DNA from: Bugula neritina
Taxonomy: Eukaryota > Animalia > Bryozoa
Reading direction: 5' to 3'
NCBI GenBank assembly: GCA_964035545.1
Contig: OZ037769.1
Coordinates: 3,825,929 to 3,889,928, forward strand
DNA length: 64,000 nt
In this document: one piece after another, positions 12,071 through 26,400 of the stretch
How the letters are laid out: each line of letters starts with the position of its first letter
Position numbering within the stretch: position 1 is the stretch's first letter
Made by a program: the position numbers and the translations under genes
Notes under the pieces: generated by a model
The model's input: only the letters and a program-made list of their open reading frames with translations
What the model was told of the DNA's origin: nothing
Database searches by the model: none

Positions 12071-14494
12071 CTGAGTCCTCAAACATTTTTATATCTGTTT
12101 AGATCTTAGGCTATCTGATGCTCTAATGACACTCTTTGTTTGACCAAACTTCTAATATATTCCAGCAGTTTTTTTATATTTAACCAGTGTAACCACTTTG
12201 CATATAGATGCTTCGTTTATCTGTTATTTAGATATACTTTTTATAAACTGAAGACTCCAGAATTAAAGATGTATTTAGTAAACTAGTTTTAAATGGTGCC
12301 TCTGGGCGTGCATGTATAATGCTTTTGCTTTTAAATGCCTGCAGGTCCAGCCGTTCATGGACAGACAACTCTCAATGTTCCCTTGTCCTCTAATTTTGGG
12401 TCATTTCATATTTAGAAATATTTTTGTTATTGGTATTTTGTTATCAAAATGATTATATTTTTTAAATCAAAATACTTTGGTGAAGAAATTTAGACTGTGT
12501 TCTCATTTTTCAGAGTTTGTATGCTAAATGTTTCTCCAAATCTGTGGTTATTAGACTGTATAAATATTTGTATATTTTATAAACAGCAAGTTAGTCTAAT
12601 TAGATTTTAATTAACCCAGTTTATTCTGTCCATTTTCTTGGTATGGTGAATAAGATGCATTTTCTTTCTGGTTTTAACAATAAATTCTTAGTTTTACATG
12701 CCTTGTGCTTTACCTGCCTGATATCTCTAGCAACTATCAATATTCCAGTCAATTCAGAATTAAAAAACCGTGAACCAAGTTTGTAAATTTGACCAACTTT
12801 GAAATGGAAATAAGTTCAAGAATGCAAAACAGCTTTATACTATTTCTTAATCTCTCAGCATAATGACGAGACAAAATTACCAGCAACTGGTTCCACAGTG
12901 AAATCTGTATAAATTCATTATCTGGAGTTGTATGCTCAAAGCAGTATGAAAAGTTGCAAATTGTTTTATGCTAAAAATGTTGATCCTGAAAAACTGCCCA
13001 GTTGCATGAACTTCTACTGAACTAGATTTGATTATATGACCTCTAATAAACTTCCATCACCTCAGCAACTAGTACAGCCATCTACAAACTAATATATAAC
13101 ATAAGCAGCTATTCCAGTTAGAGGCACAGAATAGTTGCATAAGGGTACCATCATCACACCTTCTATTCTACTTGGTGGTATTTCTTTTGATACTGGGTAA
13201 GCTTGTAAAGACAAAGCACTCCATTCAACAGTGGAACTAGTATGAGCTGCTACCTCTAACATCTGGCCTGTGAAATGCTTCTATTACTACTCAGTTAATG
13301 CCAAATTAAAGTTGCACAGTTATATCCAAATTAATGGTTAAGGAGATTAGATATTATCAAACAATTTGTTATGTCTGTTGCTTCATGAAATGCTGTATTA
13401 ACCTAATTTGCAACATCTATTCTCATTAGAGTTAGCTGTAGTACTGTATAGTGCAGTGCTATACTGCATTCCATGATAGTGTATTTTGAATGCAATTATA
13501 AGGCATACTAATGCTTTATTTGGAAGTGTTCTAGAAATATATTGAGGTCTTATGAGATTGGTATCTTTCCTCTTGTAGGAACAGATCGGTCAATGCATTT
13601 TATATTAAATTCTGAAATAGACCTTTGATTCATAACCTAGCCAAAGGTCAAAGTACACTTCATGGAATCAATGATACATTGATACATTGCTTTTATCAAT
13701 AGTATTACAAGCTGTGGAAGCCAAATAAGTTTGTATAGAGCTACTAAAATTCCCCAAGTCATATATTCCATAATTAAGTGTTATAATAGTTTCTACTTGC
13801 CTTCTGTGAAAAAATTGCAGGAAATCTTTGAAAGGTCTTTACCAGAGCAAGTGTAACAGTAATACTTTTTATATAAACATAAAGGATTTCAAATTTACAA
13901 ACGGTTTGAATTGGAAAATGTAAAATATTGAATTCCTGGTCATGTGCAATGTTCCAGATTTTGTTTCATTGGGTGGTTGGTTTAAAGGTTGATTCTATTC
14001 CCAAATTATGCAAGTCAAGTTTATTAATGATTTTTCCTTGTTTATAGCGTTGATTGATGGATAGTTTATAATATATAATTTACATGCCTTCCCTCCATGT
14101 TTTTCAAATGAGATAACTATTTAGTCTGACAAATAACTAAAGAATGTGAAATGTCAATAACAATGTTACTATACAATTTCCTGGTCAAACTATGTAATTA
14201 CTTAGTATACACTTCTAGCTGAATATATTCTCAGCAAATGTCTGTCTTGTTGCTTAGCGCATGTAAACAATCTACCAACTTTTGTTTGACTGGTCATTTC
14301 TTTTATACCGTCCTTCAATTTAGGCTTCCTAACTAGACACCTGGAGGTCACCATAACCGTTCAGCATTTTTTTGCTCACGTATTTCTGCTTTGTCCTGTT
14401 CGGGTAGCAGGCATAACTGTTCAGCATTGCTCAATCAAAAATCAAATTGAAACATTTTATATCATTACGCATAACCCATTTTGCGATTTACTCT

Positions 14495-14502
14495 ACACAC
14501 AC

Positions 14503-14578
<76 letters not shown>
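14495..14578. repeat. (CA)n microsatellite, ~40 units
   Basis: Direct observation. Confidence 0.98.
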
Positions 14579-14579
<1 letters not shown>

Positions 14580-15261
14580 TACAGTATAATAGTATACTTT
14601 ATGTTTCCATACAACCAAAGCTTTGGAAGTTTTTGCAGCCTAACGGTATTTATATTTTCATTAAAAGACAAAAACACTTCGAAAAAGTTGCTGTGTGTGT
14701 GAAAAGCATATTTGGAGCACATTGCAGATGCTTAGAGATTTCTTAATAATGGAAGACATTGTGAATCAACTTTCACTTGCGTTCGTTCAACTATAGTTTC
14801 AACCACATTTCATTTGCTCCAAACCCTGGAGTGTCATGGTTTTAGGTCATGATAAACGTGAAAAAACATATCTAGTTGCCAAACAATATGGTTTACAGGT
14901 TTCAACGCTTGAAATATACCAAAATATCTTTTTGAAGATAGTTCATTAGATTGTCTAATAGTTTTCATTAGGATTTTACTTCATCCTGGAGCACAACTGG
15001 TTAGTAGAAAAAGAATGAATAATAATTTAACCATAAGTGTCAGATTCCTGGAAGCTATAAAAGAGAATTACATTTAAATACAGAGAGTCTTTATCACTTT
15101 ACATTGTGGTTACGATGAATAGCTGAAAAACCAGTTTCTATTCATTCAGTCAAACTTTTTTCTTACTTATCAAAAGTTTTAGAATAACATCATAGATGTT
15201 TCTATTTCAAACTTGTGATTATTATCAATCTTGTTTTTTTAAAATATAATAAAAGTTTAAA

Positions 15262-15602
15262 CTGGTTGCTAGGCTACAGTGTGGTTGCTAGGCTACAGTG
15301 TGGTTGCTAGGCTGCAGTGTGGTTACTAGACTGCAGGGTGCTTGCTAGGCTGCAGTATGGTTGCTAGGCATCAGGCTAGGTAATGTGAGTGGTTGCTAGG
15401 TAATGGGTGTGGTTGCTAGGTAATGGGAGTGGTTGCTAGATAATGGGTGTGGTTGCTAGGTAATGGGAGTGGTTACTAGGCTACAGGGTGGTTACTAGGC
15501 TGCAGTGTGGTTGCTAGGCTGCAGTGTGGTTACTAGGCTACAGTGTGGTTACTAGGCTGCAGTGTGGTTACTAGGCTGCAGTGTGGTTGCTAAGCAGTGT
15601 GG
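15262..15602. repeat. 19-bp minisatellite (GTGGTTGCTAGGCTGCAGT and GTGGTTGCTAGGTAATGGG variants), ~17 units
   Basis: Direct observation of a ~19-20 nt period. Confidence 0.93.
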
Positions 15603-18600
15603 TGAAGCCCATTTTTAGTAGCATGTTGAAGGTTCAATCCACAAAAAAACAGCATGAAACTACGAATTCCAATACAATAAATAAAACTTTTTCTGGTCTT
15701 CTAATGGATATTCCTTCAACGGGAAACATTATGTCACCAGATGGAATTAAAGTTGAGATTTGTTAGCATTGATGCCAAATCTGTCAGCAGAAGGCTTGCT
15801 GACACACTGGAGCCTTTACATCCTTTACATTACAGTGGCTGATGTACTTGCTGGGCATTAGTTCTTGGGGTATAAGCAAATGAACATCTGAAACGGCTGA
15901 AACAACTTTGAACAGTACATGTATACTTGTAGCTGCTATAGTGCTTCGTTATTTCAATAACACTGAACCTAGGTCAAATCTTATCTGTTCTATAAAATCA
16001 TCCCCATGGCCAACACAAGGAAAATGCTTCTTCAGTGCAATTCAAAACTGAAGTGATAAAGATTCATAGCATTAATGAATTGAAAACACACACTAATTGA
16101 TAAAAAAACGAGAGAGTCAAAGAAGGGGCTTCCCCTTTGGAGCTTCCTGCTACATCCTATATCCTGTATCCTATTAAATACGAAGACAGAACAAACTGTT
16201 TTACATTACCAAAAGTTATAGCTGAGCCTCCAATCTTCTTGTGTCATTCATTTATTATCTGTAATGTGAAACTATAGCTCTAGGTCTATATCTGAAAAGA
16301 AGTTTTCGCTAATCTCTCCAAAGATAATCTAATTGGAATAAACACTTCACCTGTTGTAAATCTGCATGGCTTTACTTCGCCCAAATCAACATAACCACCA
16401 TCGTGAAAGTCCTAACTTCTTAAACCTGCACCTGTATGTCCTAATTTAGAGTACTTACAGTACAGCAGTAGTTGCTATGGAAGTTGCTATGAAAGCTAGT
16501 TACAGGATTAAAAATCCTTGACCTCATCATATACTAAAAGACTAGGTAATTGAGTGAATCCAAATATTACTTTAGTATTATATAGTCTGCCAATACAGTC
16601 TACAGAGGATTGACTGAAGATTGTTCAATTTTTAGTTCCACATTAGTGCATGCAACTTGATCTTGAAAATCACCTGCTGTCTGCTGTCAATAGTTTATGT
16701 CTGCATGAGCTGAAAGAGAAAGATTCTTCCATGTATTACTGATAAATTTCCATCTGCCACTTCATGGTTTCATTCAACAACAAATTTTCACAGTTTTTAT
16801 TCAGCTAAAAGACTTATGCCTCAGTGTCAAAAGGCAGCTGGTTTTTGTAGATCCGACAGCCAACTTCTTCCTTTCATGTTATATCTTTCAAATTTCTTCT
16901 GCACCAGAATTTCAGAGAGGTAGTGAAACAGTTTAATCTGTGAATTACAAAAAGAAAGATTATTTTTCAAATAGATGGCTAGCTGTGTCCATTATTTTAT
17001 TTCCTACTGATAACAATAAAAGCCTAAACTTTGTTAGGGGTAGGGAGCATGGGCTCTCAATAGTTTTGGTACTAACTTGTTCATGCTTCAGTCGCTTGAC
17101 TCTAAAATGTCAATGAAAATATAACGTAGCCACTCTCAACTAACTGTTAGAAGTATGGCCAAGGAAGTATCTAAAGGTTGAACAAGTTTAGAAGCTGTGA
17201 TATGTGACACCCGTTTGTGGTTATTAAAATTAGCTGTTCAACCCTCACTCCAAACCAAGAGACATAATTTTAATAAGAAATAAAGCAAAACTATAAATGA
17301 TTGCCCACATGAAGTAAGGTTCTATGCAGACCTGTGGGCAACGCTGCTTGACAGAAAAGTAATAATGCCAGGGTATTGGAAATTAGAAAACCATGAGAGG
17401 AAATATCTGTCCCAACTTTCAAGCAGATGTAGAGCAAAAGGGTAGTTTGAATTAAACTTTGCAGTAGGAATTAAAATTGATACGTGATCGGTTCATCAAT
17501 TTGCATAAACTTTTAGAGCTCCACCTACTTAAGGAATGGGCAAATCACGTTGAATATTGCAATGTAGGTGTAAAATTCTCTCAACTAAATTGCATTCAAA
17601 GCAAAATATGTTGTACTCTTTTTATATTTACTGAAGAACTTTTAAACTATCAGACTATGTGGCTGGTGCTGGAATGTAAAAATCTCAGAATCACCCCTGG
17701 CTGTGGTGCCATAAACTAAGTTTGCCCATAAAATAGTAATTGATTCAGCATCATTACACTGCACTCGAATGCCTAGTTCGGCCATTGCCAGCTACTCTAG
17801 GTTTGTAATAACAAATGCTTTGGAAAGTTATTATTCTTTCCCACAAACCCTGACACTACCCAATAGCTTTTAATTCCATTCATGTCATTCAGCTCTTTTT
17901 CATTCATTATTCACGCTGTCTCGCTCTCAATAGCCAAAGGTATGCTAAGAATGTAGAGGCATTAACTTCATTAACTATAGCCAATCACTGCAATCATAAG
18001 TATCGGTTTCCACCAATCACAGTGAAACGGTAGGCGTAGCTTAGATGACAAATGTCTGCAATGCGACCTAGTTAGAGCATTTACAGCCCCTATTCGCAAT
18101 CTTTACCAGCACCTTCTCAGCCCGTGCGTTATTAATGTTCACTAATTTGCTTTTAGAACGTTAGCGATACGTTGTCATTGCTGCGTGCAGTAGTAAAATG
18201 TAATGGTGTTACGATCAGCTGATCCTCGGCTTTTCAACTATTTCCAGTGGGCATGATTTGGCAGCTGGCTTGAGTCAAAGCTGGAAATCAAGGACAAGAT
18301 CACCAGACAAGCGATTCCAACATCCTGGGTATGGCTGTGACTGTGGGTTGCTGTACGAGTATTCCAATATATACTATACCTATTACTTAGTAGTATTACT
18401 TTTGGTATTACTAGTTCTAATTTTATAAATACCAAACTAGTACTACTACAATACAATATTACTATCAGTATATCAGATAATAAAAGTGGCTTCACTCAAT
18501 CAGTGTTAGCATAGCTTGTATGAAATTGAATGTCTAGACTCTGTGTCTAGGGCCTATGGGATACTTTACAGAAGATAAATTTGTATTCTATTTTTAATGA

Positions 18601-20860
18601 TTAAATTTAATAGTATTGCTCATCTTAATTTTTAGTAAGAAGAAACTTATGTTGTATTAACATTTCACTAAAGACAAAGTAAATGACACCAGTTTGGGAT
18701 ATGTTTGACTTATACTTATAGGTTAAGTCGGTCACAATGATAGGCATAATCATAATGTGACAGTAATAACCTGAATAGTACTAGTAGACTACTAGTAGTG
18801 CTTGTACTTTAACTACTACTATCAGTATCAATTATCAAGGCTCTACTAGTACTAGTGCCAGTGCTAACTATCTTGTAATCCATATAGCTTATGTTGAATA
18901 TTATCTTGTTATTGCAGTTATGAAATGATGAATGATGAAATTTCTTTACACGTTTAACATACAATCATTTACAGGATATTTATATTACAAGTCAACTCTT
19001 AACAATTGTTGCTCTTTTACTAAAAGCACTCTTGGTGAGATTTGCTTGGTTTGATTTCGTTTTTCCTAATGTTAAGGAAAAGAATGCATTTTAATTTAAA
19101 TTCTGGAGAAAACATGTCAACCAAGCATTGTTGTGATTGTAGACCAAACATCTGGTGCAGCAGACAGCTGCAAATAGAGTAAAAGAAGAGGTTAAAAGAT
19201 CAAGCTTGCTAGCCGTGCACTGAATAAAGGCCTTTCTATCAAGGGCATACTCTGTAAATTTCAAGTGTCCACTCATTTCTAACTCACAGGTGAAATTCTA
19301 CATAAACTTGTTAAATTGGCTTTCTCTTCTATTAGATCTATAAGAAATGGAATTCCTAGACTGTTGTTAATAGTGTTCTAAATGATAACCATTAGCAACT
19401 AAAGGTCAGGATGTGTAATTGAGATTGTTCCGGTGGAAGTTTTATTATAGATGTAACATGCTGGCTGCGTAAGTTGATACCAACAACACTGCTTTATTGC
19501 ATACTTGTAGTGTGATTCACCATCACATGATATTAGCATCTCATATGATGGCTGTTCACATACTGGCTCAACTTGTCTCCATCTCAAGATAGATTGCAGT
19601 CTCAACAAAGCCACAAAGGAAATTTGTTGGTGGGAAAATTCCAGAATCAGATATAGTTACAGCAAAATCAGTGTCTTCAGGTACACATTTATTTTATATA
19701 AAACAACGTTTGAAACCACCAAATCACCATGTATTTTGCATTTAAATGCAGTGTGGAGAAATTTCAGTAGTCTGAATTTTTTAATAAGTTTTGGACGCAT
19801 GTGGAACTTATCAAATGAACAACTTTTTTTGCTCCATTATTCATTCAGAAAACAGTTTTTTTCAATTATTGCATACCTTGTATTCAGTTATGCATGTTAT
19901 TGCACATGCTTTGTAAGTAAATTCAGAAATTGTAAGCCTCACCAATGTACTGTTTCCTCGCTTACTAATTCAGTGATCTAAAGCTCAATTGAAAATGCAG
20001 TTCAATAGCTCTACATTCATTACATGCTAATCAACATCTAAAACCATTCACATAACTTACATACGTATATTTGCCCGAGACAATGTTAAGCTAAGGTGCA
20101 TTGATTTTCTGCCGTTATTTGGCCATAATTAAAGGTAATTAGACTAAAATACAGCTGTTCTATGCTATGCTATATAACTTCTTATCATTATACTAGTAGC
20201 ATAGTCTCTAAATGAGTATATTCTAAGAGATTAATTGCATTTGCAGTAGTACATATTGATATAAATCTGCATGGTTCAGTCTAAACTCTGAAGCTTCACT
20301 TACTTAACTCGCTAAATTGCTCACAATTTTAGCAGTTTTGATGTATTGCTTTATTATATTCATGTTTGTATTATATTTATGTAATATGTTTTTCTTTATT
20401 TAGTTGTAAGTCGCGGAGATTTTGAAAAATGGAATTGGGTTGCAAAAACATTTCTCAGAGGTGCACATAACTCCCAAATTTTTTCTTAAAACTAGTTCTT
20501 GGGGTGGGGGTATCCAGAACCTGAATTTTGTAGCCTGTGGTACATCGTTCAAACATTAGTGAAGGGGGTACTAAAAGCTGGTTAGCTTGTCTTTTGCAGT
20601 ATTACTTTAAAACAGGGCATTTATATCAGGTGTACTCCTTTGTAGTTGGTGTTGGATCTTTCTGCTACCACCATAATCAGCAGTCTCAGTTTTACTCTCT
20701 AGATTCTAGACTTTTCTATCAACTACTCTAAAATCTTCCATTGGCTGTTTCTCTTATCTCTCGGCCTACAAAAGTAAGAAACCTTACTGGTTCATGATGT
20801 AATAGCTTTATTTTCTACTGGACTTTTAAACGGAAATTTTGTATTTTTTAAACAAGAAGT

Positions 20861-21000
20861 CATGGATTCGAACCTGACAAAGGCCATTGGCGATGTTAGA
20901 AAGAGCATCCAGCCCCATCTGAATAAATCCTTAGCCTGCTTAAACAACTTTTCCATCAGGGGTTTCTCACAGGGACCGTGACTATAAACTTGCTGAGTTT
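20861..21000 (+). mobile_element. SINE family A copy, 5'-truncated with an internal deletion
   Basis: CATGGATTCGAACC...GGCCATTGGCGATGTTAGAAAGAGCATCCAG...TCTCACAGGGACCGTGACTATAAACTTG matches 8390-8605. Confidence 0.8.
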
Positions 21001-23364
21001 TGTGTATTTTTGCTAAGCTACGCAAATCTAATCCAACTGCATGTATACACTAAGGGGAAGCTGTTGTTTGGGTTGTCTATATTTAGCACTCTGCTGTCAC
21101 CCCTGCTGTCTCTGCATCTGCTTAATGGTAAACATCAAATGTAGCTGCTGACACAAATATATGCAAGCATATTTTCTGACTGGCATGTCCCATATATTAT
21201 GCTTCCTTGTGGTGCATTCCTGAGATGGTTAATACAATATTTGGACAGACTTTCGGGCTCCCAACTGATTCACCATTATGTAGAGACAAACTTCTGAATA
21301 GTTATTTTGTGTTTATTCGAGCTTCCATTAGAATACAGAGATCACGTGATTTCCCTACTACTGCTCTAGAAAATTCCTAAGAAAACTTTCCCAAATGTTC
21401 ACACAATTTCTAGAATCTTCCATGGTATGTAGTACCATTATATAATTACCATGCCAGTTAATGGTGACTGAAACCATGGCATGTTTATAGTGTAGGCTAC
21501 AGGAATGTCCACGAGTAGGCAGGGTAACTTAGCCACCCTTTATTAAATTGCAATAGCCTAAGGAAATTCAACTTCCTGAGCTCATTAGTAGATCATATGA
21601 TGTATGATTATCAGACCAACTAAGTAACATTCATTCACACACAATCCCCATCACTGGGTACTGGTTTACCACAAGAACGCTCGTTTCTCGCATGAAATAG
21701 CCACTAATCAGCCAACGAGTAAGGGGAGTTTAGAAGCCCCCACCCTCAGATTCCCAACTTTGTAATTAGATATAAACAGGGATGATAATAGAAGAAGTTT
21801 GCAATGCATCATTTAGCTGAGGAATTCCATGTATGTATAAATGATTTGCAATGAATGCAGGGTTGAATTTAGGTCAATCAGTAATGCCTAACGTGATAAC
21901 ATCAACTTGCCTGCTGTAGATAATGATGGACGCTCAGCTGTTCCAAAACTAGGGCATTCGTGTAGGCTGTACAAATATAGCAGTTCCGGTTACAAGCCCT
22001 TCCTTACAAGATAGTTAAGAGTCTGGCTTTATTAAATATTATGAATGGGCAGTATAATCTTTGAGTAGGCTTAACTGATAGGCCCTAAAGATAACTGTAG
22101 TGGTCTTAGTTCAATTTACTTTGCAAAATAATGCTTAAGCCAATATATAAACATTTGACAAGCTACTACCCAAGTCATTATAGTGTGTACAGTCATGTAC
22201 ATTTTGTAAATCCCTGCCATCTTTAAACAAACTATTGGGTTTATCAACCCCTGTATGGTTAGCTATTAACAGCTTGAGGGTAATGGCTCTCACAATGTAG
22301 ATATTTAACCCAAGTACTGCACTTAAAATCTAGAGTATATCCAAGACATCTTTTCATTTACAATAATGACTAAGGTGTAATTGTCTGCTCTTTAGTTCGG
22401 TTTATTCAAGCAAGTCAAAAGTAATGAAAATGTCAGTCTCGAAATCTGCGTAGAGCTACAAGCTTTTGTAACTCAGTTACGACTCTTATCTCTCTGTATT
22501 TATAGCATCATTTAACTTTCTGTCCTGACATAGCTCTGTGAATTGTTTTGATTTCACTTCTTTCATTAAAATACTTCGGCAGGAATTCTTGCAATTTCAG
22601 TTAACTTATTCCATGAAGCGTATCTCAAACATCTCCTGAGGAGTGGGAATGTAAACAAAAGTCCTGTAGACAAAACTTGTTAACTTTACGAAGCTCTTAT
22701 CAGATGATGGTGATTCACTTAGGCAAATATTAGCATTGCTGGAAATCAAGCATCTTAAAACACGCCCACTCTATTACTTTGAATTTGCAGATAGTATTTT
22801 TAATATTATGAAAACATTTCTGTAATTGTTTCAACTCGATGTTTTCTGATCAGACAACTCCAGTTTAAAGCAAAAAACGGGCGCTAATATAAATGCTAGT
22901 AAACAGTTATCTGGAGTTGTTGGCCAGAGTTTGACCTTGCTCTTGCTGTGGTGAAAGAAAATTCTAGAGAAAAGCTGAGCATCCATTACTAATGATTTGT
23001 GTAGCTTAATGGACTATTTTGCAATAGTTAATTATAAGGATAGCCTCAACTACAGTACAGAAGGCATTAAAACTAGCAGGAAGGCAGTCTGCTCACTGTG
23101 GGGCTCTGTTTAGCCTCCTTTTGGAGTAATTAACTAACAATCATTAGTTCTAGCCTCTCGGGATCTCTTAATTGAGGATTAACTGCAGCTAAAAAGCCTT
23201 TTAGCTGCATCTATTGCCCGTAGGCATTGAATTAGTTCAGTGTATTGAAAAAAAATGTGGTGCAGTAAATGGCTAGACTGCAGTAAATGGCTAGACATCT
23301 ATTTACACTCTCTTCATTTTTTCTCTGATTAGGTTTAAAAAAATTTTGAGCAAGTTTATAATCC

Positions 23365-23405
23365 ACATCCCTGTGAGAAAACCCCTGATGGAAAAGGTTT
23401 TTGTT
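23365..23405 (-). mobile_element. Short 3' fragment of SINE family A
   Basis: ATCCCTGTGAGAAAACCCCTGATGGAAAAGGTTTTT is the reverse complement of the family's 3' region. Confidence 0.55.
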
Positions 23406-26400
23406 AAATCGGGCTGTGAATTCTTGATTACGTATACTTGTAGAAATACGATTTTATCTTGTAGCATGTAAAGCTTAACACAATTTCTTAAAATTATAAA
23501 AACTGAGAAAAAAAGGCTTCACAACCAAATTTGAACTTCAATCAAAATTTGAAGTCTATTTTATATTATAATTCTAAATTTTAATCATGAATGAAAACCC
23601 AGTCATTTATTGTATATATGAATGTGAGTATTGTATAAAATCATCATCTTAGGGTACAAAGAGGCTGATTTAAGTTGCAAAAAAACCCATCAAAAGGCAT
23701 TATAATGATTGGTTGCAAATAATGTTAGTCCAACATTTGTAAATGCATGAGGAAAGTTTCAACACTAACTGCTCATTACCGACTTAACAACATACATTAG
23801 ATGGTGGCAATTGTTTAAAGAATGGCAAATGCATTTCCTGTAAACTATCCACGTGCCTTACGAATAAATTTGAAGGTTACTGGTACAGTTAGGTACAGTG
23901 TTAATGAAATTGAGAAAAACCTGTGTTCTATGCTAGAATTGTAGCAAAAGAAGTCACGTTCCACTTAAACCCCAAAGCAAAGTTTTTTTACAAAACTTGG
24001 GATATGGAATTTTTTCAAATACTGCACCTGAAAGTAAATGTAGTGTAGAGTACAACATTTTAAGAAATTCAACATGCATTTATTTCAAATATTGTAAATT
24101 AAAGTGAATGGAAATTAGAATGAGTTTCTCTCAGCTCCTTAAGTGCCGGGTGTTGGGGTATCCGTACTCCTGTGGGATGCACTCTACTAATTCCACTTTG
24201 CTTGCTCAATGCTCCATCAGACTGTTAATTAAGTTACGGATAAGAAAATGATTTTATTGCTGCCGGTACTTACTTGTACATCTGCCTTTGGGTCAGCTCA
24301 TCTCCTCTATATGAAACATAATCATTATGGGGCCAGTTAAGTGTTTGCATTGATTATTGCATGAAATATGCCAGCATACGGCCAGTGTATTTGCAGCATT
24401 TGCACAGCCATGATGCTATTAATGTACATTGGCTGAATTGCAGATGTCTTTAATCCACTTGAGCATTCAGTCAAGTACTTTTGGAGTGAAACAACAAATG
24501 ATTGACTCTTTTTTACCCGCTACATAAATGCTACATTTCTTTTCCATCTGCTAATTACAAACTTGTGTTTGCACAGAACACATCTTCTTCTTAGGTTACT
24601 CTCTACTCTTGGCTCAAGTAAGTTGTTCTTTGGTTTGTATCTTATCACAAAAACTTATTTCTAATTTGTGACCCAAATTTTATTTTCACTACTATCTACT
24701 ATAAAGTTTCATTATTTACTTTGAATTTAATTGTAACGTTTGACCAGTTGTTGGAGTTGGAATGTAAATAAGCTGTAATTAATTTGAGATGACAAATTGG
24801 CTCTTTTTCTTCATTTTAATCAGCTGCAGCTTTCCATCTGGTGACATATGCTAACTGGTCATTTATTATAATAGCTTTAATTCTTATAGCAACTTCAAAG
24901 AGAATTTTTCTTTAACTGAGTAGACATTTACTATATTATTTATTGTCCACCAAGTATATTAGGCTACTTGTATAATTGAAATATTTATTTGATGCTTGGC
25001 TAGAATTTCTCCAGTAGACAAGCATGTAATAAATTAGCCAATGTAACATCTGTGTTAGCATTAAAACCATCTGCTAGCATTATTTAGTAGGTAAAGCTTT
25101 AGCATAAGACAGTTTGTACAAACTATATAGAAGTTAATTAGGCTGTTAATTTAACTATTTATTGTTAAGATTATCTTTTTGTTAGTTGAAGTTGTTGGTA
25201 TTGTTCCATAGGTTGTCAAATTGATAAAGAGTGCTTAGCTCAATACGTTCTTGAGGTTGACAGCATAACTGTTCTGTCAGTTTTGAAATATCTGCCTTTT
25301 AACTGCAAAATTACATTCTTGTAATTCCTTGCTAAGATATAAAATTTAAAAAAGTAAAGCAATTGATCAAAGTAGAGTAATCAATGGAAAATTTTAGGCA
25401 ATTTTGAGGGTAAAATGGAAATCATAACCTAATTATTAGGATTGGTTTTTAAGTTACCTAAATTATTTTTACATTTTGCTCAAAATTTAATTTTTTTTAC
25501 ATTTTGTATAAGTGACAACATTTACTAGAAATAATGATGTGTTTATGCCTTTAATGGTAAAAAAATACATGCAACTACCCGTGAGTATATAACTCCAAAT
25601 TGCTGGGCATCATTAGTCTGTCTGCCTTATGCAAATCGTAATTCTCTACTAGTTTCAGTATTGCTCCCAGAATCTTTAAATTTTCTTCATTCACTTGAAA
25701 ATAAAGTGTTTTTTTCCTAGAGGTTTCAGTGAAAGTTAGGTCACATACTTTTATGAGAAATCTACCTAGCTAATTCTGATTTAACACTTGTTTTAATTTT
25801 TGCATGTAATATTGCTGCTTCAAAGCTGGCGTTATAATTTGGATTTGTCACCTCTAGCTTAGGAGAGACAAATCCAAATACCAGAAAGCTACAATTAAGC
25901 TCTATTTTACTATGTAGTTGTATATAACGCGTGGTATTTCATTCTAATAGGCACCAAATATTTTATATTATGATATTTATTATTATTTTGTTTTATATTT
26001 TATAGTAGGTTGGCACCAAAATTCACATACTGCATACTAAATCAACTTTCCTATGAAAAGTCAAACTATTTCTCATACTCAGTTCTGTAATCATCACAAT
26101 AAGCCTATCATTTGTTTTTAGCTCTAATGGTCATAAGTGTTGAATTTTTTTAGTTTTTCTTTTTGTTTTCAATCAAAAATGTTATGGTAATTGTTGCCCA
26201 ATTTCTTTTAAATTGCCTTTCAAAACAGCACTGAATTTGAACTTCATAGAGTGTCTGCTGGAATTTCTTTATAGAGGTTTTTACCTTCAAATAAAGAATT
26301 ATGTGACCACAAGTGCTTCATAAACTACTTTTAACCTGATGTGTGTATGCAAAACTAATCATCTAATATGACCTAGAGGTCAAGATTTAGTAGCATCTGC

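Noticed and set aside
22846-22928. Inverted repeat ACAACTCCAG...CTGGAGTTGT as a pre-miRNA
   Set aside because: Perfect stem only ~10 bp, long unstructured loop, and no recognisable mature miRNA.
23184-23209. 11-bp hairpin TGCAGCTAAAA-AGCC-TTTTAGCTGCA
   Set aside because: Isolated short inverted repeat with no supporting context; not a terminator in a eukaryotic locus.
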